Below, in pieces: positions 1-16,312 of a DNA stretch of 64,000 nucleotides. Numbering within the stretch: position 1 is the stretch's first letter; every line of letters starts with the position of its first letter. The notes below the pieces were generated by a model. It searched no databases. It saw nothing but the letters and a program-made list of their open reading frames with translations, and was not told the origin of the DNA. The translations under genes and the position numbers were made by a program. Source of the stretch: Eledone cirrhosa (Eukaryota); contig OZ024754.1 in NCBI GenBank assembly GCA_964016885.1, forward strand, positions 36,208,001 through 36,272,000, written 5' to 3'.

Positions 1-180
1 AATTGTTTCTACTTTTGGCACAAGGCCAGCAAATACCCAGTGTATTACTGGTACTTTATTTTATCGACCCCGTAAGGATGAAAGGCAAAGTTAACCTCGG
101 CGGGATTTGAACTCAGAATGGCAAGGGCCGTAACTCTAAAGCATGGCGTCCGACCCTCTACCGATACTGCCAATCCACCG
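1..180 (-). mobile_element. tRNA-derived SINE with Nin-type central domain (octopod family)
   Basis: Reverse complement reads GGTGGATTGGCAGTATCGG (A-box-like)...GAGTTCAAATCC (B-box-like)...GCCTTTCATCCTTACGGGGTCGATAAAATAAAGTACCAG (Nin-like core); about 25 copies in the window. Confidence 0.85.
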
Positions 181-186
181 AATAAT

Positions 187-506
187 AATAAAACTAAAAC
201 AATACCAGTGGTTGTAGGCGCTCTAGGAATGATACCTAAGGGGTCTAATGATTACTCATCGCAAATCCCAGGAAACCCGCGTATAGGAGAAATACAAAAG
301 ATAGTACTAATGGGCACTGCCCATATACTAAGGATTCTGTCAATATAAGTACATCACAAGTCTAAACACCTAAATATGCATGTGTGTGTATGTATGTTCT
401 TTCTTGAACATGGCGGACCTTGTTGTCTCTTGAGGTCACTGGTTGTGACTTGGTGATAACTCGTATGAACATAAAGCAAGATAAATGCAAATAATAATAA
501 TAATAA
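187..506 (+). mobile_element. 3' fragment of R4/Dong-clade non-LTR retrotransposon (restriction-like endonuclease C-terminus, 3'UTR, TAA tail)
   Basis: Peptide TIPVVVGALGMIPKG...IQKIVLMGTAHILRILSI* (stop at 348) matches the typical R4/Dong C-terminus; flanked by (TAA)n on both sides. Confidence 0.8.
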
Positions 507-1007
507 TCTAAACTATAATAAAATAAAGAGTGCAGGACTGCGTCCAGAATATATTTTTTTGATCCCGTTTGTAAAATAAGTTGGATTATTTTGAATAAAT
601 AATGAATGAATATGGCATAATTTATCTACTAAATTTCGTTATTCTTGATTAAATATAAATAATTTTGTTGGTTATTTTAAGATTCACTTCTTTTCAAATG
701 TCAACACTTCCGGTTAGCGATTGCTTAAATAAACATTCATATATTTCCGTCACTAATTTTCTCCTAATGCAGTTTATATATAATATCGTCTTTTTTTCAA
801 TGTATCATGGATTACTTTACTGATTACATAAGACAGTGTAACGCGGTCTTCGTTCAATTTCTGTGTATATTGTCAATTACGATTTTATTTGATGTATCAT
901 ATCTACATGTATATATACCTGCGTATAATATCAATATACACACTACACATGCTAGCAGAAAACCACCCACAGAGTGGTTTTTCTGCTAGTATTAATAATA
1001 ATAATGA

Positions 1008-1345
1008 TGATTTCATTTATTGGTCACAAGGGCCGACATGTAGAGGACAATACAAAGACAGGGACAGTGGGGGTTTACAATAAGCTCGAGTAAAAGTGCA
1101 CAATGGCAAGACTTATTTAACAATGAAGATATAAAAAATATAAAATAAAATATGTATAAATATAACAAAATAAATTCCACTATTGTGGGGGGTGGGGGTA
1201 GACGAGCCAGGAGTGACTCAGGTAACCCACCAATCCTGAACCACCCTGCGCTTCTAGAGCACATGGGGAGAGCACCCCTCTCCTCCTCAAATTAGCCCGC
1301 CTATAGGCTCACACGGGCCATTCTCGTCACATTCATCCACCTTTT
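1008..1345 (-). mobile_element. 3' end of a LINE (probably Tx1/L1-like)
   Basis: Reverse complement of the family at 56140-56497 and 56954-57292; encodes KRWMNVTRMARV and ends in AATAAA plus an (ATT)n tail. Confidence 0.6.
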
Positions 1346-1753
1346 AACAAATGTACTGGGGGGGGGGGGTCAGTACTTCTCTCTCACATTCCTTTCCAGG
1401 TGAAACTTGAAGAAGTTGATAAGGGATTGGCCGAAGATAAAAGTGTCTGTCTTTATTCCTTTCAATCTGGTCCACCATATAATAACAGCAACAACAAGAA
1501 CAACAATGGCAACAACAACAAAACGATGAAAGAAGAAAGGATACTTTCATATAAAAGGCATAAAATGCCAGCATATAAAAGAAAATGGTTTCCGTCCCAT
1601 CCATTCACCATCGTACATCTTACGATACCACCGCGAACATTCACACAAGAAGAAATAATAAAGTTGTATAGAATACCCTAACAACAACAACCACAACAAA
1701 AAACAACAGTAAATGTAGGAATGACATAAAACGTTAGTTCATTTCACACACCG

Positions 1754-1755
<2 letters not shown>

Positions 1756-1784
<29 letters not shown>

Positions 1785-1971
1785 CTTCTTCTTCTTCTTC
1801 TTCTTCTTCTTCTTCTTCTTCTTCTTCTTCTTCTTCTTCTTCTTCTTCTTCTTCTTCTTCTTCTTCTTCTTCTTCTTCTTCTTCTTCTTCTTCTTCTTCT
1901 TCTTCTTCTTCTTCTTCTTCTTCTTCTTCTTCTTCTTCTTCTTCTTCTTCTTCTTCTTCTTCTTCTTCTTC
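1756..1971. repeat. (TTC)n microsatellite
   Basis: Perfect trinucleotide run; source of the poly-K and poly-E ORFs. Confidence 0.97.
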
Positions 1972-2019
1972 AACAGTATATAAAAGAATATATACCAGAA
2001 CAGCAATCCAGTCGGTCGC

Positions 2020-3060
2020 TACACTACTACACCACCTCACCACTACACCACTGGACCACTACACCACTACACCACTACACCACCACTACACCACTACACC
2101 ACACCATTACACAACTACACCACACCATTACACAACTACACCACCTCACCACTACACCACTACACCACTACACCACACCAATACACCACTACACCACTAC
2201 ACCACACCATTACACCACTACACCACCTCACCACTATACCACTACACCACACCATTACACCACAACACCACATCACCACTACACCACTACACCACACCAT
2301 TACACCACTACACCACCTCACCACTACACCACTACACCACACCATTACACCACTACACCACCTCACCACTACACCACTACACCACACCATTACACCACTA
2401 CACCACCTCACCACTACACCACCACTACACTACACCACTACACCACTACACCACTACACCACTACACGACTTCACCACTAAACTACACCACTACACCACC
2501 ACCTCACCACTACACCACCACTACGCCACCACTACACCACTTCACCACAACACTACATTAGTTCACCACCACTACACTACACCACTACACCACCACCTCA
2601 CCACTACACCACTACACCACCACCACACCACTACACCACCACCTCACCACTACACCACCACCTCACCTCTACACCACCACCTCACCACTACACCACCACC
2701 TCACCACTACACCACCACTACACTACACCACTACACCACTACACCACTACACCACCACCACACCACTACACCACCACCTCACCACTACACCACCACCTCA
2801 CCTCTACACCACCACCTCACCACTACACCACCACCTCACCACTACACCACCACTACACTACACCACTACACCACTACACCACCACACCACCACTACACTA
2901 CACCACTACACCACCACTACACTACACCACTACACCACCACCTCACCACTACACCACTACACCACTACACCACTTCACCACAACACTACATAAGTTCACC
3001 ACCACTACACTACACCACTACACCACCACCTCACCACCACCACTACACTACACCACTACA
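2020..3060. repeat. Compound (ACC/ACT) low-complexity repeat (CACTACAC-based)
   Basis: Reiterated accactac/caccacctc motifs. Confidence 0.9.
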
Positions 3061-3374
3061 GACGTTGCCTAAATCATTTCATGTCTTCTTAACGTCCATT
3101 TTGTTTTTATGGTATTTTTATGGTATTCCTTGCTATACTTGCAAAGAAGTTTTCTTTATTTAGCTAATGTTTTAGTGTGTGTAATAGAGAGGAGAAAGAA
3201 ATAAGACATGTAATACTTTAACACTTTGACGTGGCTATTATATAATTGTTTCTTATATTGACACAAGGCCAACGCTGTCTACATGTGTGATACTCGGGTC
3301 TATACTTTGCCAGTCTCGTGGCGGGTTTTCCCAGCAACTTTTAATGTTTAATGTGCTTCTTCTTTTATTTGTTA

Positions 3375-3805
3375 GCAGTCGGACTCCATGCTTTGCAAGC
3401 CTAGAGTTATGCCCCTTTACGTTCTGGGTCATCCAAATCCCGCCGAGGTTAACTTTGCCTTTCATCCTTACAGAGTCGATAAAATAAAGTACCAGTAATG
3501 GACTGGGATAATTGTTGGCCTTGTGCCAAAAGTAGAAACAATTATTATTATTCTAGCATAGTTACCTCCCTTTACAGTCTGAGTTCAAATCCCGCCGAGG
3601 TTAACTTTGCCTTTCATCCTTACGGGGTCGATAACATAAAGTACCAGTAATGCACTGTGTCATTGTTGGCCTTGTGTCTAAGGTAGAAACAATTATTATT
3701 ATTATCATTAAGCCGATGGATTGGCAGTATCGGTAGCGGGTCGGACGCCATGCTTTGCAGCATAGAGTTACGGCCCTTTACGATCTGAGTTCCAATCACG
3801 CCGAT
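3375..3805 (+). mobile_element. Cluster of three partial Nin-type SINE copies
   Basis: Repeated CCCGCCGAGGTTAACTTTGCCTTTCATCCTTAC core and TGGCAGTATCGG head, joined through (TTA)n tails. Confidence 0.8.
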
Positions 3806-3940
3806 TGACAAAACACAACAGAAACACAAACCCTCCATCTCCATTTTACTTTTGAAAAGCATAAGAACTGTGAAATCGATAAAATAAATAAATAAATATT
3901 CTTAAGAATATTGTTAATATACAATATATTAACAAATGGA

Positions 3941-4001
<61 letters not shown>

Positions 4002-4005
<4 letters not shown>

Positions 4006-4422
4006 GGTTTGAGGTTCACCACTGGATAGAACTGGTCAATTCCGTATGGTCAATCGCAATGTAATAATATAGAGAGTACTCAACGTAAAGCAGTTCAACC
4101 GTCTTTGTTTTTGTAGTTGGTGGTGCTATTACGGAGTTAAATATTATAATGAAATGACAGGAGGCTGGATTTGTGTAAATTCTTGAAAGGTTTATTATAC
4201 TATGATCATTTCAATGACCGGCAAAGGTAGAAGATGCTGGATGGCGGTCGCCCTCGGGTCCTTGATTTTCAGCCCCATGGATTTTATCTATTACATTCAC
4301 TTATTATATTTCGAATACCTGATGATATCACCGGATTCATACGGAACCCGGTCATTGAAATGATCATAGTATAATAAACCTTTCAAGGATTTACACAAAT
4401 CCAGCCTCCTGTCATTTCATTA

Positions 4423-4426
<4 letters not shown>
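4002..4426 (+). mobile_element. (TA)n-embedded fold-back element with degenerate hammerhead (PLE-derived candidate)
   Basis: Inverted arms 4143-4221 and 4348-4426; CTGATGA at 4319-4325 then GGAAC-CCGG-TC (GAAA mutated); (TA)n on both sides. Confidence 0.6.
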
Positions 4427-4502
<76 letters not shown>

Positions 4503-4592
4503 CTGAAGTAAAAGTTAAGTGGAAAAATCCAAGAGTAAGAACACTCAGTCCATAGGACGAGTTTAGTATAAATAATTACAACAGTGACATAA

Positions 4593-4641
4593 ACAGGTAC
4601 TCAAGTTTCGTTGGGTTCTGGCCCCAATTTCTTCAGCCTGT
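4593..4641 (-). ncRNA. Type I hammerhead ribozyme
   Basis: Minus strand: acagg-CUGAAGA-aa-uuggg(gccagaa)cccaa-c-GAAA-c(uuga)g-UA^ccugu; stems I, II and III all pair. Confidence 0.8.
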
Positions 4642-4654
4642 CATGAGAAAAGTC

Positions 4655-4724
<70 letters not shown>

Positions 4725-5427
4725 CAATGAGAAAATCCAGTGATCCGAAAAGTTATCCAGGTGAGGTTCGGGTAGAGTCCAAGTAAGAATCCACTTCCAG
4801 GGTGAAATCCAACGAATTTGAGGGTTCACGTAAGCATATTTATATTTCTTTCACAAGGCCTATGTCTACCCGAGGCTATGGCAAATGATACCTCTCTAAG
4901 ATCGATCGAATCGATCGACAAGATCCCAGTTATAAATCACTTACCGTGTGGTATGGCGTTCGTCAAATCGGACCAAGGAAACAATGTTTCCGTTGGTCTT
5001 TCCATTGCTAATACTATCCACAGAGCGCAACTCCTGGCAGAAAGAGCAACGTGAAATAAATCGTTTTACTCAAGGACATTATCATCATCATCATCATTCG
5101 TCGACTACTGTCGAGATGACGGATCTCACTCTCATGCCCCAGAATCCCCCGTCCCCCATCGATGCCCCCAGGTCCTGTCTGCTGATTCCCGTATCCCTAG
5201 AGATAACGTCAGGGAATGAAAGCTTCCTACTCCTAGTCAGGCTGGAGTCAGGGTTCCAGAGCGAAAGAGAGCGGATATGATTTCATTGCTGGCACGGTGA
5301 CAGTGGCCAGCAAATTGAGCTCTCCGGGATTTTAGAAGGGCAGAGGCTCGAGGGAGTTTGCCATAGATTTTAGACAAGGTGGGATGTCGTTTCACGGACA
5401 TAACGCATCGCACGATCTGGAATTCGA

Positions 5428-5490
5428 ATTCGTGGATTGCGAACTCGTGGATTCGAACTCGTGGATTGCGAACTCGTGGATTGCGAACCT
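5428..5490. repeat. Short tandem repeat, unit about 15 bp (CGAACTCGTGGATTG), about 4 copies
   Basis: Directly visible. Confidence 0.8.
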
Positions 5491-6439
5491 AATTCTCTAA
5501 CTATTCAGTCACGCAACCTAAGATTCCACGCAAGGGAATCGAACCCGTGACCTAATGATCGCGAAGCGAAATTTGTAAGCATTCGATTCCGCTGCATTCA
5601 CAGCAATAGATATGAAAGATATGCTAATACAATTAACATGGCGCGTGTACAGAATTAGAGAACTGTTTGCTAAGCTCCTACTTATTATTCTCCAGAATAA
5701 CGTCGCCGTCTTTAACATATTGGTAAATTAAGATGCTGGGTTCATATCGATATATTATAAAGAATAAAGGCCTTCTACACATCGATAAATTGATGATCCA
5801 TTCTGGAAATAATATAAAACTCGTCACCATTTGCATGACTTCACAACTATTACCATGGCTTGTAACATCAATAGGAAAATACCGCTATGTTATCGCAATA
5901 ATCATCAATATTGTCGGCATTTTCCTTGCTAAAAAGAATTGCGGTGTATTTCGATGCAGGCAAAAGCTCATAAAGCAGCGTAAATTAAGCGTTTAAAAGA
6001 CAATTGGGATAACTTGGTCAGATTAAATTGTTGGCGAGCAGCTATGAGGAAATAATGTGGTCAAGTAAAGACTATGTATTCATATGGCTCTATTATGTAT
6101 TACACAACTGCAGTAATATATTAAATAAGAAGCAATGTAGCTTAATGGGTAGAGATATATTGAAAAAAAATGTATATTTTAAGCCGCCGCATTACTGATG
6201 AAGTATTAATAATAGTTGAATAAGTTGTTGTAAAATACCTCTGGAGACAAAAGAAAGTAGAAAGAACCGTCTTCGAGAACCGAACCCCGCATCTGTCGTA
6301 TACCGGTATACGACTAATTATTCATAGATCAACTCCATCATGGCTGCTTTTCAAAAATCAAACATACTGTTAAATTTCACCGTTACTTCGTAAACGAGCC
6401 AATGTTTTTTTTTCACCTAACATGTGCATGTGTATGTGG

Positions 6440-6640
6440 AATACTCAGCCAGATTCGAACTTAGAATATAGAGACTCGGAACAAATACCGTAAAGAATTT
6501 TGTCTGACATTCTCAAACGACCTTGGCAATTTGTTACCAGCAAATTAAACCTCGGCGAGATTTGAACTCCGAATACAGAGAACTATAATAAATACAGTGA
6601 GGTATTTTCCCTTACGTTCTGCTAATGGGTTGGTTAGTTC
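6440..6640 (-). mobile_element. Old, degenerate tRNA-SINE fragments
   Basis: ACCTCGGCGAGATTTGAACTC and AGATTCGAACTT B-box-like remnants. Confidence 0.5.
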
Positions 6641-6991
6641 TCTGCCAATCTTAAGTAGCCATTGCTGTTTCGCCCATCTCGGTGTGAAAGAGCAGTCACG
6701 ACCTTGAGTGGAATTTGTCAATTTGGTCCTCTTCAACATTCCTCGGTGCTTCTCCCTGGCAGACGAATACTTCTACATAATTAAATAAACAGATAAATAA
6801 ATAAGTAAAGAAATAAATGAAGAAATAAAGACAGAAAGAAAGAAAGAAGGAAGGAAGGAAAAGGGAAAGAAAGGAGGAAAGAAATGGTAAATGTAATGTG
6901 GAGGAAAGAGAAGATAATCTCATGCACAAAATGAAAAAATAAATGGTCAGAAATTACTCCGCACATTCATCTTACTTAAGGGGCTTCTGGC

Positions 6992-7660
<669 letters not shown>

Positions 7661-7884
7661 TGTCCTGTCACTAATGCCTCTATTATCACCTACATCAACA
7701 ATACCAGCAGCATCTCTTTATCATTGCTACAAGCGACATAAAGACCAGCAAGACCATCACATTCCTTACATCACTAACAACAATAGCAACAACAATGGAA
7801 ACAACAACAACAACAACAACACCATTATCAGCAATGCCGGCACTAGCAGACCAACCGATAGTCAACAATAACCTTCACGATAGC

Positions 7885-7914
7885 CATCACCATCACCACC
7901 ATCATCATAATAAA

Positions 7915-7947
<33 letters not shown>

Positions 7948-9090
7948 TGTCATCATCATCATCATCGCCATCATTGTCGCCGTCGTCGTCGTGGTCATCA
8001 TTAACACTACTACTACCACCACCACCATCATCACTACCACCACCACCACCATCACCACCACCATCATCACCATCATCACCACCATCATACTACCAATACC
8101 ACCATCACCACCACCATCATCACCACCATCACACTACCAATACCACCACCAACACCACCACCACCACCACCACCACCACCACCACCATCACCATCACCAC
8201 CACCATCATCACCACCATCACACTACCAAAACCACCACCACCACCACCTCCATCACCACCTCCATCACCATCACCACCACCATCATCACCACCATCACAC
8301 TACCAATACCACCACCACCACCACCACCACCACCACCACCACCACCATCATCACCACCATCACACTACCAATACCACCACCACCACCACCACCACCACCA
8401 CCACCACCACCACCACCACCACCACCACCACCACCACCACCACCATCACCATCACCACCACCATCATCACCACCATCACACTACCAATACCACCACCACC
8501 ACCACCACCACCACCACCACCACCACCACCACCATCACCACCACCATCATCACCACCATCACACTACCAAAACCACCACCACCACCACCTCCATCACCAC
8601 CTCCATCACCATCACCACCACCATCATCACCACCATCACACTACCAATACCACCACCACCACCACCACCACCACCACCACCACCACCACCACCATCACCA
8701 CCACCATCACACTACCAATACCACCACCACCACCACCATCACCATCACCACCACCACCATCACCACCACCATCACACTACCAATACCACCACCACCACCA
8801 CCACCACCACCACCACCACCACCATCATCACCACCATCACACTACCAAAACCACCACCACCACCACCTCCATCACCACCTCCATCACCATCACCACCACC
8901 ATCATCACCACCATCACACTACCAATACCACCACCACCACCACCACCACCACCACCACCACCACCACCACCACCACCACCACCACCATCATCACCACCAT
9001 CACACTACCAATACCACCACCACCACCACCATCACCACCACCACCATCACCACCACCATCACACTACCAACACCACTACACCACTACACG
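7885..9090. repeat. (CAC/CAT)n tract with higher-order spacer CATCACACTACCAATAC
   Basis: Spacer recurs more than 10 times; explains the 411-aa and 367-aa P/H/T ORFs. Confidence 0.92.
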
Positions 9091-9235
9091 GTAGTGGTGT
9101 AGTGGTGGAGTGGTGTTGGTGCGGTAGGCGTCCCTCTGCTCTAACATATATAAAGGTATGTCCACTAAGCATTGTAAGTTAAAAGGAGTAACCTTCTCCG
9201 CCATTGTGTCACAATTATTCAACCGGTATATGTTT

Positions 9236-9309
<74 letters not shown>

Positions 9310-9432
9310 GGAGGTGAGTTTTATTGTAGTACAATAAAGCAATGCAGATATCGGATAAGAAGCACTCTACAGTTTGTAGGACTGGAGTATACATAATATA
9401 TAAGATCAAAAGATAGTTAAAGGAGTTCTATG

Positions 9433-9502
9433 TATTTTATTATGCGCATTTCAAAAACAAACATCATCATGCAATAATATTTGTGTTTTCATCAGATAAA
9501 AC
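9433..9502 (-). ncRNA. Type I hammerhead ribozyme (inverted copy)
   Basis: Reverse complement of 9590-9660. Confidence 0.75.
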
Positions 9503-9589
9503 AGGAGAACATGATATGAAGGCTAAAAAACACTTGATTTAAAACTGCACTATCCACAAGTGTTTTTTAGCCTTCATATCATGTTCTCC

Positions 9590-9660
9590 TGTTTTATCTG
9601 ATGAAAACACAAATATTATTGCATGATGATGTTTGTTTTTGAAATGCGCATAATAAAATA
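9590..9660 (+). ncRNA. Type I hammerhead ribozyme
   Basis: uguuuuau-CUGAUGA-long stem II (aaacacaaauau/auguuuguuuu)-GAAA-u(gcgc)a-UA^auaaaaua; palindromic stem III loop. Confidence 0.78.
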
Positions 9661-9808
9661 CATAGAACTCCTTTAACCATCTTTTGATCTTATATATTAT
9701 ATATATATATATATATATAATATATATATATATATATAAGTATTAAGTTGTTAATCACTACCTTGATTAAATCCTAACCATTTAACATCTCTTGGTATGT
9801 CATGTATC

Positions 9809-9871
9809 ATTATATTTTGTCTGATGAGGACGTACTGTTGTACATCCGAAATATGTATAATAAAATGTAAT
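9809..9871 (+). ncRNA. Type I hammerhead ribozyme in a ~170-bp (TA)n-flanked element (9740-9912)
   Basis: auuauauuuugu-CUGAUGA-ggacguac(uguu)guacaucc-GAAA-u(augu)a-UA^auaaaauguaau; 12-bp stem I including two G-U pairs. Confidence 0.85.
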
Positions 9872-9906
9872 TGATCAAAAGAACATCTATTTTATTAATA
9901 CTTATA

Positions 9907-9995
<89 letters not shown>

Positions 9996-10086
9996 TAGTT
10001 TATCTACTAACATATGCGTACAGATGTACGCTAATGCCAGCAAATACACAGGTAGGTTATGTCATAGTACCTAGGTGGTTCAATGC

Positions 10087-10314
<228 letters not shown>

Positions 10315-10744
10315 GAGTTGCGACAACATCGGTAGGAAGTTGTATCAAATATTTCCTTTCCTTTGGAAAACCTCGGTGTCGTTGTGAAAGGGAAGTTGTA
10401 TGCATTAGCTACTGCTTGTTTTCAACAAAACACATTGCCAGGGACTTTAGCCTCTGAGAGGCAATCTAATCTAATCTGGCCAAGTTTACACTCGTAAATA
10501 AGAAGAACCAGGGCCGCCCGCCCTAGGAGCATTGGATTTGGTGTACTTCATATTTGTTTCGGCTGCTGAATACAATCAGGGGTCGCTGCTTCTCCTAAAG
10601 GTCAATAATTCTCTTCTAAATCGAGCGGGAGCGCCTTTCCATTGATCATCTACGAAGCCCATTGTTTTCAGAACAACTACACCAGTCTTTCGATGTGTGC
10701 AGCTGGAACTACTGCCACCCATTGATTTGGCAGGGTTTTTTTTT

Positions 10745-10945
10745 GTTTTTTTTTTAGATGGCCGTTGACTCTTATGAGTTCTGCCGCCCTTTGTCAGGTT
10801 TTGTTTTTTGTCCTGCAGGGTGTCCCAAATCAACCTCCTCACCAAGTAAACATGGTGGGGTTGCCGGTTTAGTCGCCAACGACCCGACCATGCGACAAGT
10901 TGTACTGGGTTACATGCTACCAGTAGCACTCAAGAGTGACCTGAG
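10745..10945 (-). mobile_element. Dispersed repeat, probable RTE-related 5'UTR segment
   Basis: Homologous to 19115-19305 (AGTCGCCAACGACCCGACCATG...GTGACCTGA). Confidence 0.55.
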
Positions 10946-11645
10946 AGGCAAATCCACAGCAATTCAGTCGTAGGTGCCTAACCTATGTAATATTATAACC
11001 AAAAGGGCGAGGAGCGCTTTCCTACTTTATTTACAGAAATATTTTGAATTTGATATAATTTCTTCAATCAATAAACGAGACAAATCCAAAGTATTATGTG
11101 AATCCAACATATTCGAACCAATCGATACAAACATTTCTGTCATCATCTGCCAAGTCTCAGAAATCATTATCGCTATTTTAATTTTCTCTTTTCTTTTTTT
11201 TTTTTTAAATATTTAATCAATGCTTTATTGCAATCAGTGGAATTGTTGAAGTTTCGTTGCTCTTGTTATTGTTGGTGTTAATGTTGTTGTTAGTGTTGCC
11301 GTTGTTATTGCTGATATTACTTTGTCACTGTCACTGCCACAGTTATTGTTGTTTTTACTATTGTTGCTATTGTTTAACATTGTTCTTGTGTTTGTAATAA
11401 TTAACTTGCTGTTAATATTGATGAGGGTGTCGCTGCTGCTGCTCCAGTGCCACGGTTGATGATGTTGATGATGTTGATGATGTTGATGATGTTATTTTTG
11501 TTGATGTTGTTGTTCTTTTTTGTTTTTGTAAATGCAGCAATCCCCCCCTTTTTTTTGTCTTTGTCTAAATGCATGTGCATATATGTAAGGTTGCCTGGCT
11601 GTCTGTTTGTCTATCTGTCTGGCTGCCCCCCTTCTCCCTCTCTCT

Positions 11646-11729
<84 letters not shown>

Positions 11730-11900
11730 TCTCTCTGTCTCTCTCCCTCTCTCTCTCTCTCTCACCCTCTGTACGCGTGTTAATGTCTTTGCTGTGTGTA
11801 TAAGTGTGTTTTTTTTTTAACCGTTCTTATAATTGCTATTACGAAACTGGAAATATAATCTAACTACATACATACATACATACATACTCCCTCTCTCTCC

Positions 11901-11974
<74 letters not shown>

Positions 11975-12351
11975 TACACCACAAACACAACCACAACAAC
12001 GACCACAACAACCCTCGACCATCAACCCCACAACCAATCCCACTACTCCATCTCTTCCTCCATTACGCATATTTCATTTATCGATCTCCTTCTCAGGACC
12101 ACCAATCATATTCTTGAGAGATTTCTCCTTAACAACATTGAAGAGCTATAACAAATAATAGAGATTTAAAGATGTCTCCCTCTACCTCCACTCTTCAGTA
12201 GCCGCCATTGCCATATTCCATCAATTCTTATCCCACAACTCCTGCTTAAAACTCTTTCTTTTGTTTCTGCGCCGTCGCCATTCCATTGCATTTACAGCCT
12301 ATTAATTATTACATATATATTGATTGATATCAGTTATGTATTGTCTTACAA

Positions 12352-14525
<2,174 letters not shown>

Positions 14526-15264
14526 TTGGCATTGTTGTCCCCAAATTCCGTCTGTGGACAATAGACAATCAAAGGACATTAAACGGTTTTTATTGTTGTC
14601 TAGATTTTATTTAAGCGAAAGTGAAAAATTCTTCAAGTTATGAGGAGAAGGGTGAGGAGGAGGTGAAGGGGAGGGTGATGGGAAAGGAGGAGGGGGCGGA
14701 TGAAGAAGGGGAGGAAGAGGATGAGGAGAAGGAGGAGGAAGGGAGGAGGGTGAGTAAGGGGAGGACAAGGTGGAGAATGTGGAGAGCAGGAAGAGGAAGA
14801 GGGGGAAGGGGGAAGGGGGGAGGAAGGGAAAGAGAGGATGAGGACAAGGAGGAGGATGGGATGAGGAGTAGGGTGAGGAGAAAGAGGAGGAGGTTGTCAT
14901 TCGCAGTTTCAAGAATCCTTCAGACGTAAGAATTTCTTAGATTCCGTCTGTCTGGCAGTCTGTTAGTCTTTCTGTTTACCAACCTATCTGTCTCTCTGTC
15001 TGTTTGTCCACCTCTCTGTCTATCTGTCTCTCTGTCTGTTTGTCCACCTCTCTGTCTATCTGTCTCTCTGTCTGTTTGTCCACCTCTCTGTCTATCTATC
15101 TGTCTTTCTCTGTCCGTTTGTCCACCTCTCTGTCTATCTTTATGTGTGTCTATCTGTCTCTGTCTGTTTGTCTATCTCTAAGTCAGTCTGATTACGTGCC
15201 TATCTGTTTATCAGTCTGTCTATCAGTCTGTCTATGTCTATCTGTCTGTCTATTTGCCTGTGTG

Positions 15265-15925
15265 TCTGACTGTACACCAAGCCACCAGTCTGTTCCGTCC
15301 GTCCGTTCGTCTGAGAGTCTTGCTTGTGTATCTGACTCTTCCGTCCGTCCGTTCGTCTGACAGTCTTGCTTGTGTATCTGACTCTTCCGTCCGTCCGTTC
15401 GTCTGACAGTCTTGCTTGTGTATCTGACTCTTCCGTCCGTCCGTTCGTCTGAGAGTCTTGCTTGTGTATCTGACTCTTCCGTCCGTCCGTTCGTCTGACA
15501 GTCTTGCTTGTGTATCTGTCTCTTCCGTCCGTCCGTTCGTCTGACAGTCTTGCTTGTGTATCTGACTCTTCCGTCCGTCCGTTCGTCTGACAGTCTTGCT
15601 TGTGTATCTGACTCTTCCGTCCGTCCGTTCGTCTGACAGTCTTGCTTGTGTATCTGACTCTTCCGTCCGTCCGTTCGTCTGACAGTCTTGCTTGTGTATC
15701 TGACTCTTCCGTCCGTCCGTTCGTCTGACAGTCTTGCTTGTGTATCTGACTCTTCCGTCCGTCCGTTCGTCTGACAGTCTTGCTTGTGTATCTGACTCTT
15801 CCGTCCGTCCGTTCGTCTGACAGTCTTGCTTGTGTATCTGACTCTTCCGTCCGTCCGTTCGTCTGACAGTCTTGCTTGTGTATCTGACTGTACACCAGGC
15901 CACCAGTCTGTTCCGTCCGTCCGTC
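15265..15925. repeat. 46-bp minisatellite, about 13 copies
   Basis: Unit TCTGACTCTTCCGTCCGTCCGTTCGTCTGACAGTCTTGCTTGTGTA (starts 15331, 15377, ...), bounded by a direct repeat TCTGACTGTACACCARGCCACCAGTCTGTTCCGTCC. Confidence 0.95.
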
Positions 15926-15954
15926 TGTCTGACTGCTGATGCATTTTATATTGA

Positions 15955-16311
15955 TCAATATCTTCGTATCTCTTCCGTGTTAGTCCTGACCGTCACACAT
16001 ATGGCTAAAGTAATTCCAACCAATATCAACGCCGTCGGTCTTTTGGACACGGAGCGTCGGTGCCGTCTGGCTGGCCGCCATATTCTGCGTCCGCCAAATG
16101 AACGGCATTCGAAAACAGCGATGAACTGGAGTCCGCCTGGCGGTAAACGGAGGCGGGGTTGCCCAAGGATGACCTGGCGACAAAGGTTCCGGAAGGATCT
16201 GATGGCAGCCAACATCACCTGGCACGATCTCGAAAGTTGCCGCTGATCGTGACCGTTGGCGAGAACTTACTGCTCGATGCGCCGAACGGCGGGGAAGAGT
16301 CTAAGACTAAG
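15955..16311 (+). mobile_element. 3' fragment of RTE-type LINE ORF with CTAAG tail
   Basis: RLAGRHILR...AMNWSPPGGKRRRGCPRMTW and, after a frameshift, ADRDRWREL; typical RTE/L2-group C-terminus; ends GTCTAAGACTAAG. Confidence 0.78.
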
Positions 16312-16312
16312 A

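Larger units (their letters stand above)
9393..9700. mobile_element. Near-perfect fold-back element (about 144-bp arms, 20-bp loop) abutting (TA)n
   Basis: Arms 9393-9536 and 9557-9700 are reverse complements; each contains a hammerhead. Confidence 0.85.

Noticed and set aside
6195-6230. Isolated CTGATGA/CTGAAGA heptamers (also about 29910, 46494 and 63295 minus)
   Set aside because: No correctly placed GAAA...UH or pairing stems
7947-9182. 411-aa Pro/His/Thr-rich ORF (extensin-like appearance)
   Set aside because: Pure (CAC)n translation cycling through frames; multiple frames are open and there is no domain
15265-15925. Regular 46-bp repeat (and the 40-bp repeat at 55.1 kb) as a CRISPR array
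   Set aside because: Head-to-tail units without unique spacers; eukaryotic context; no cas genes
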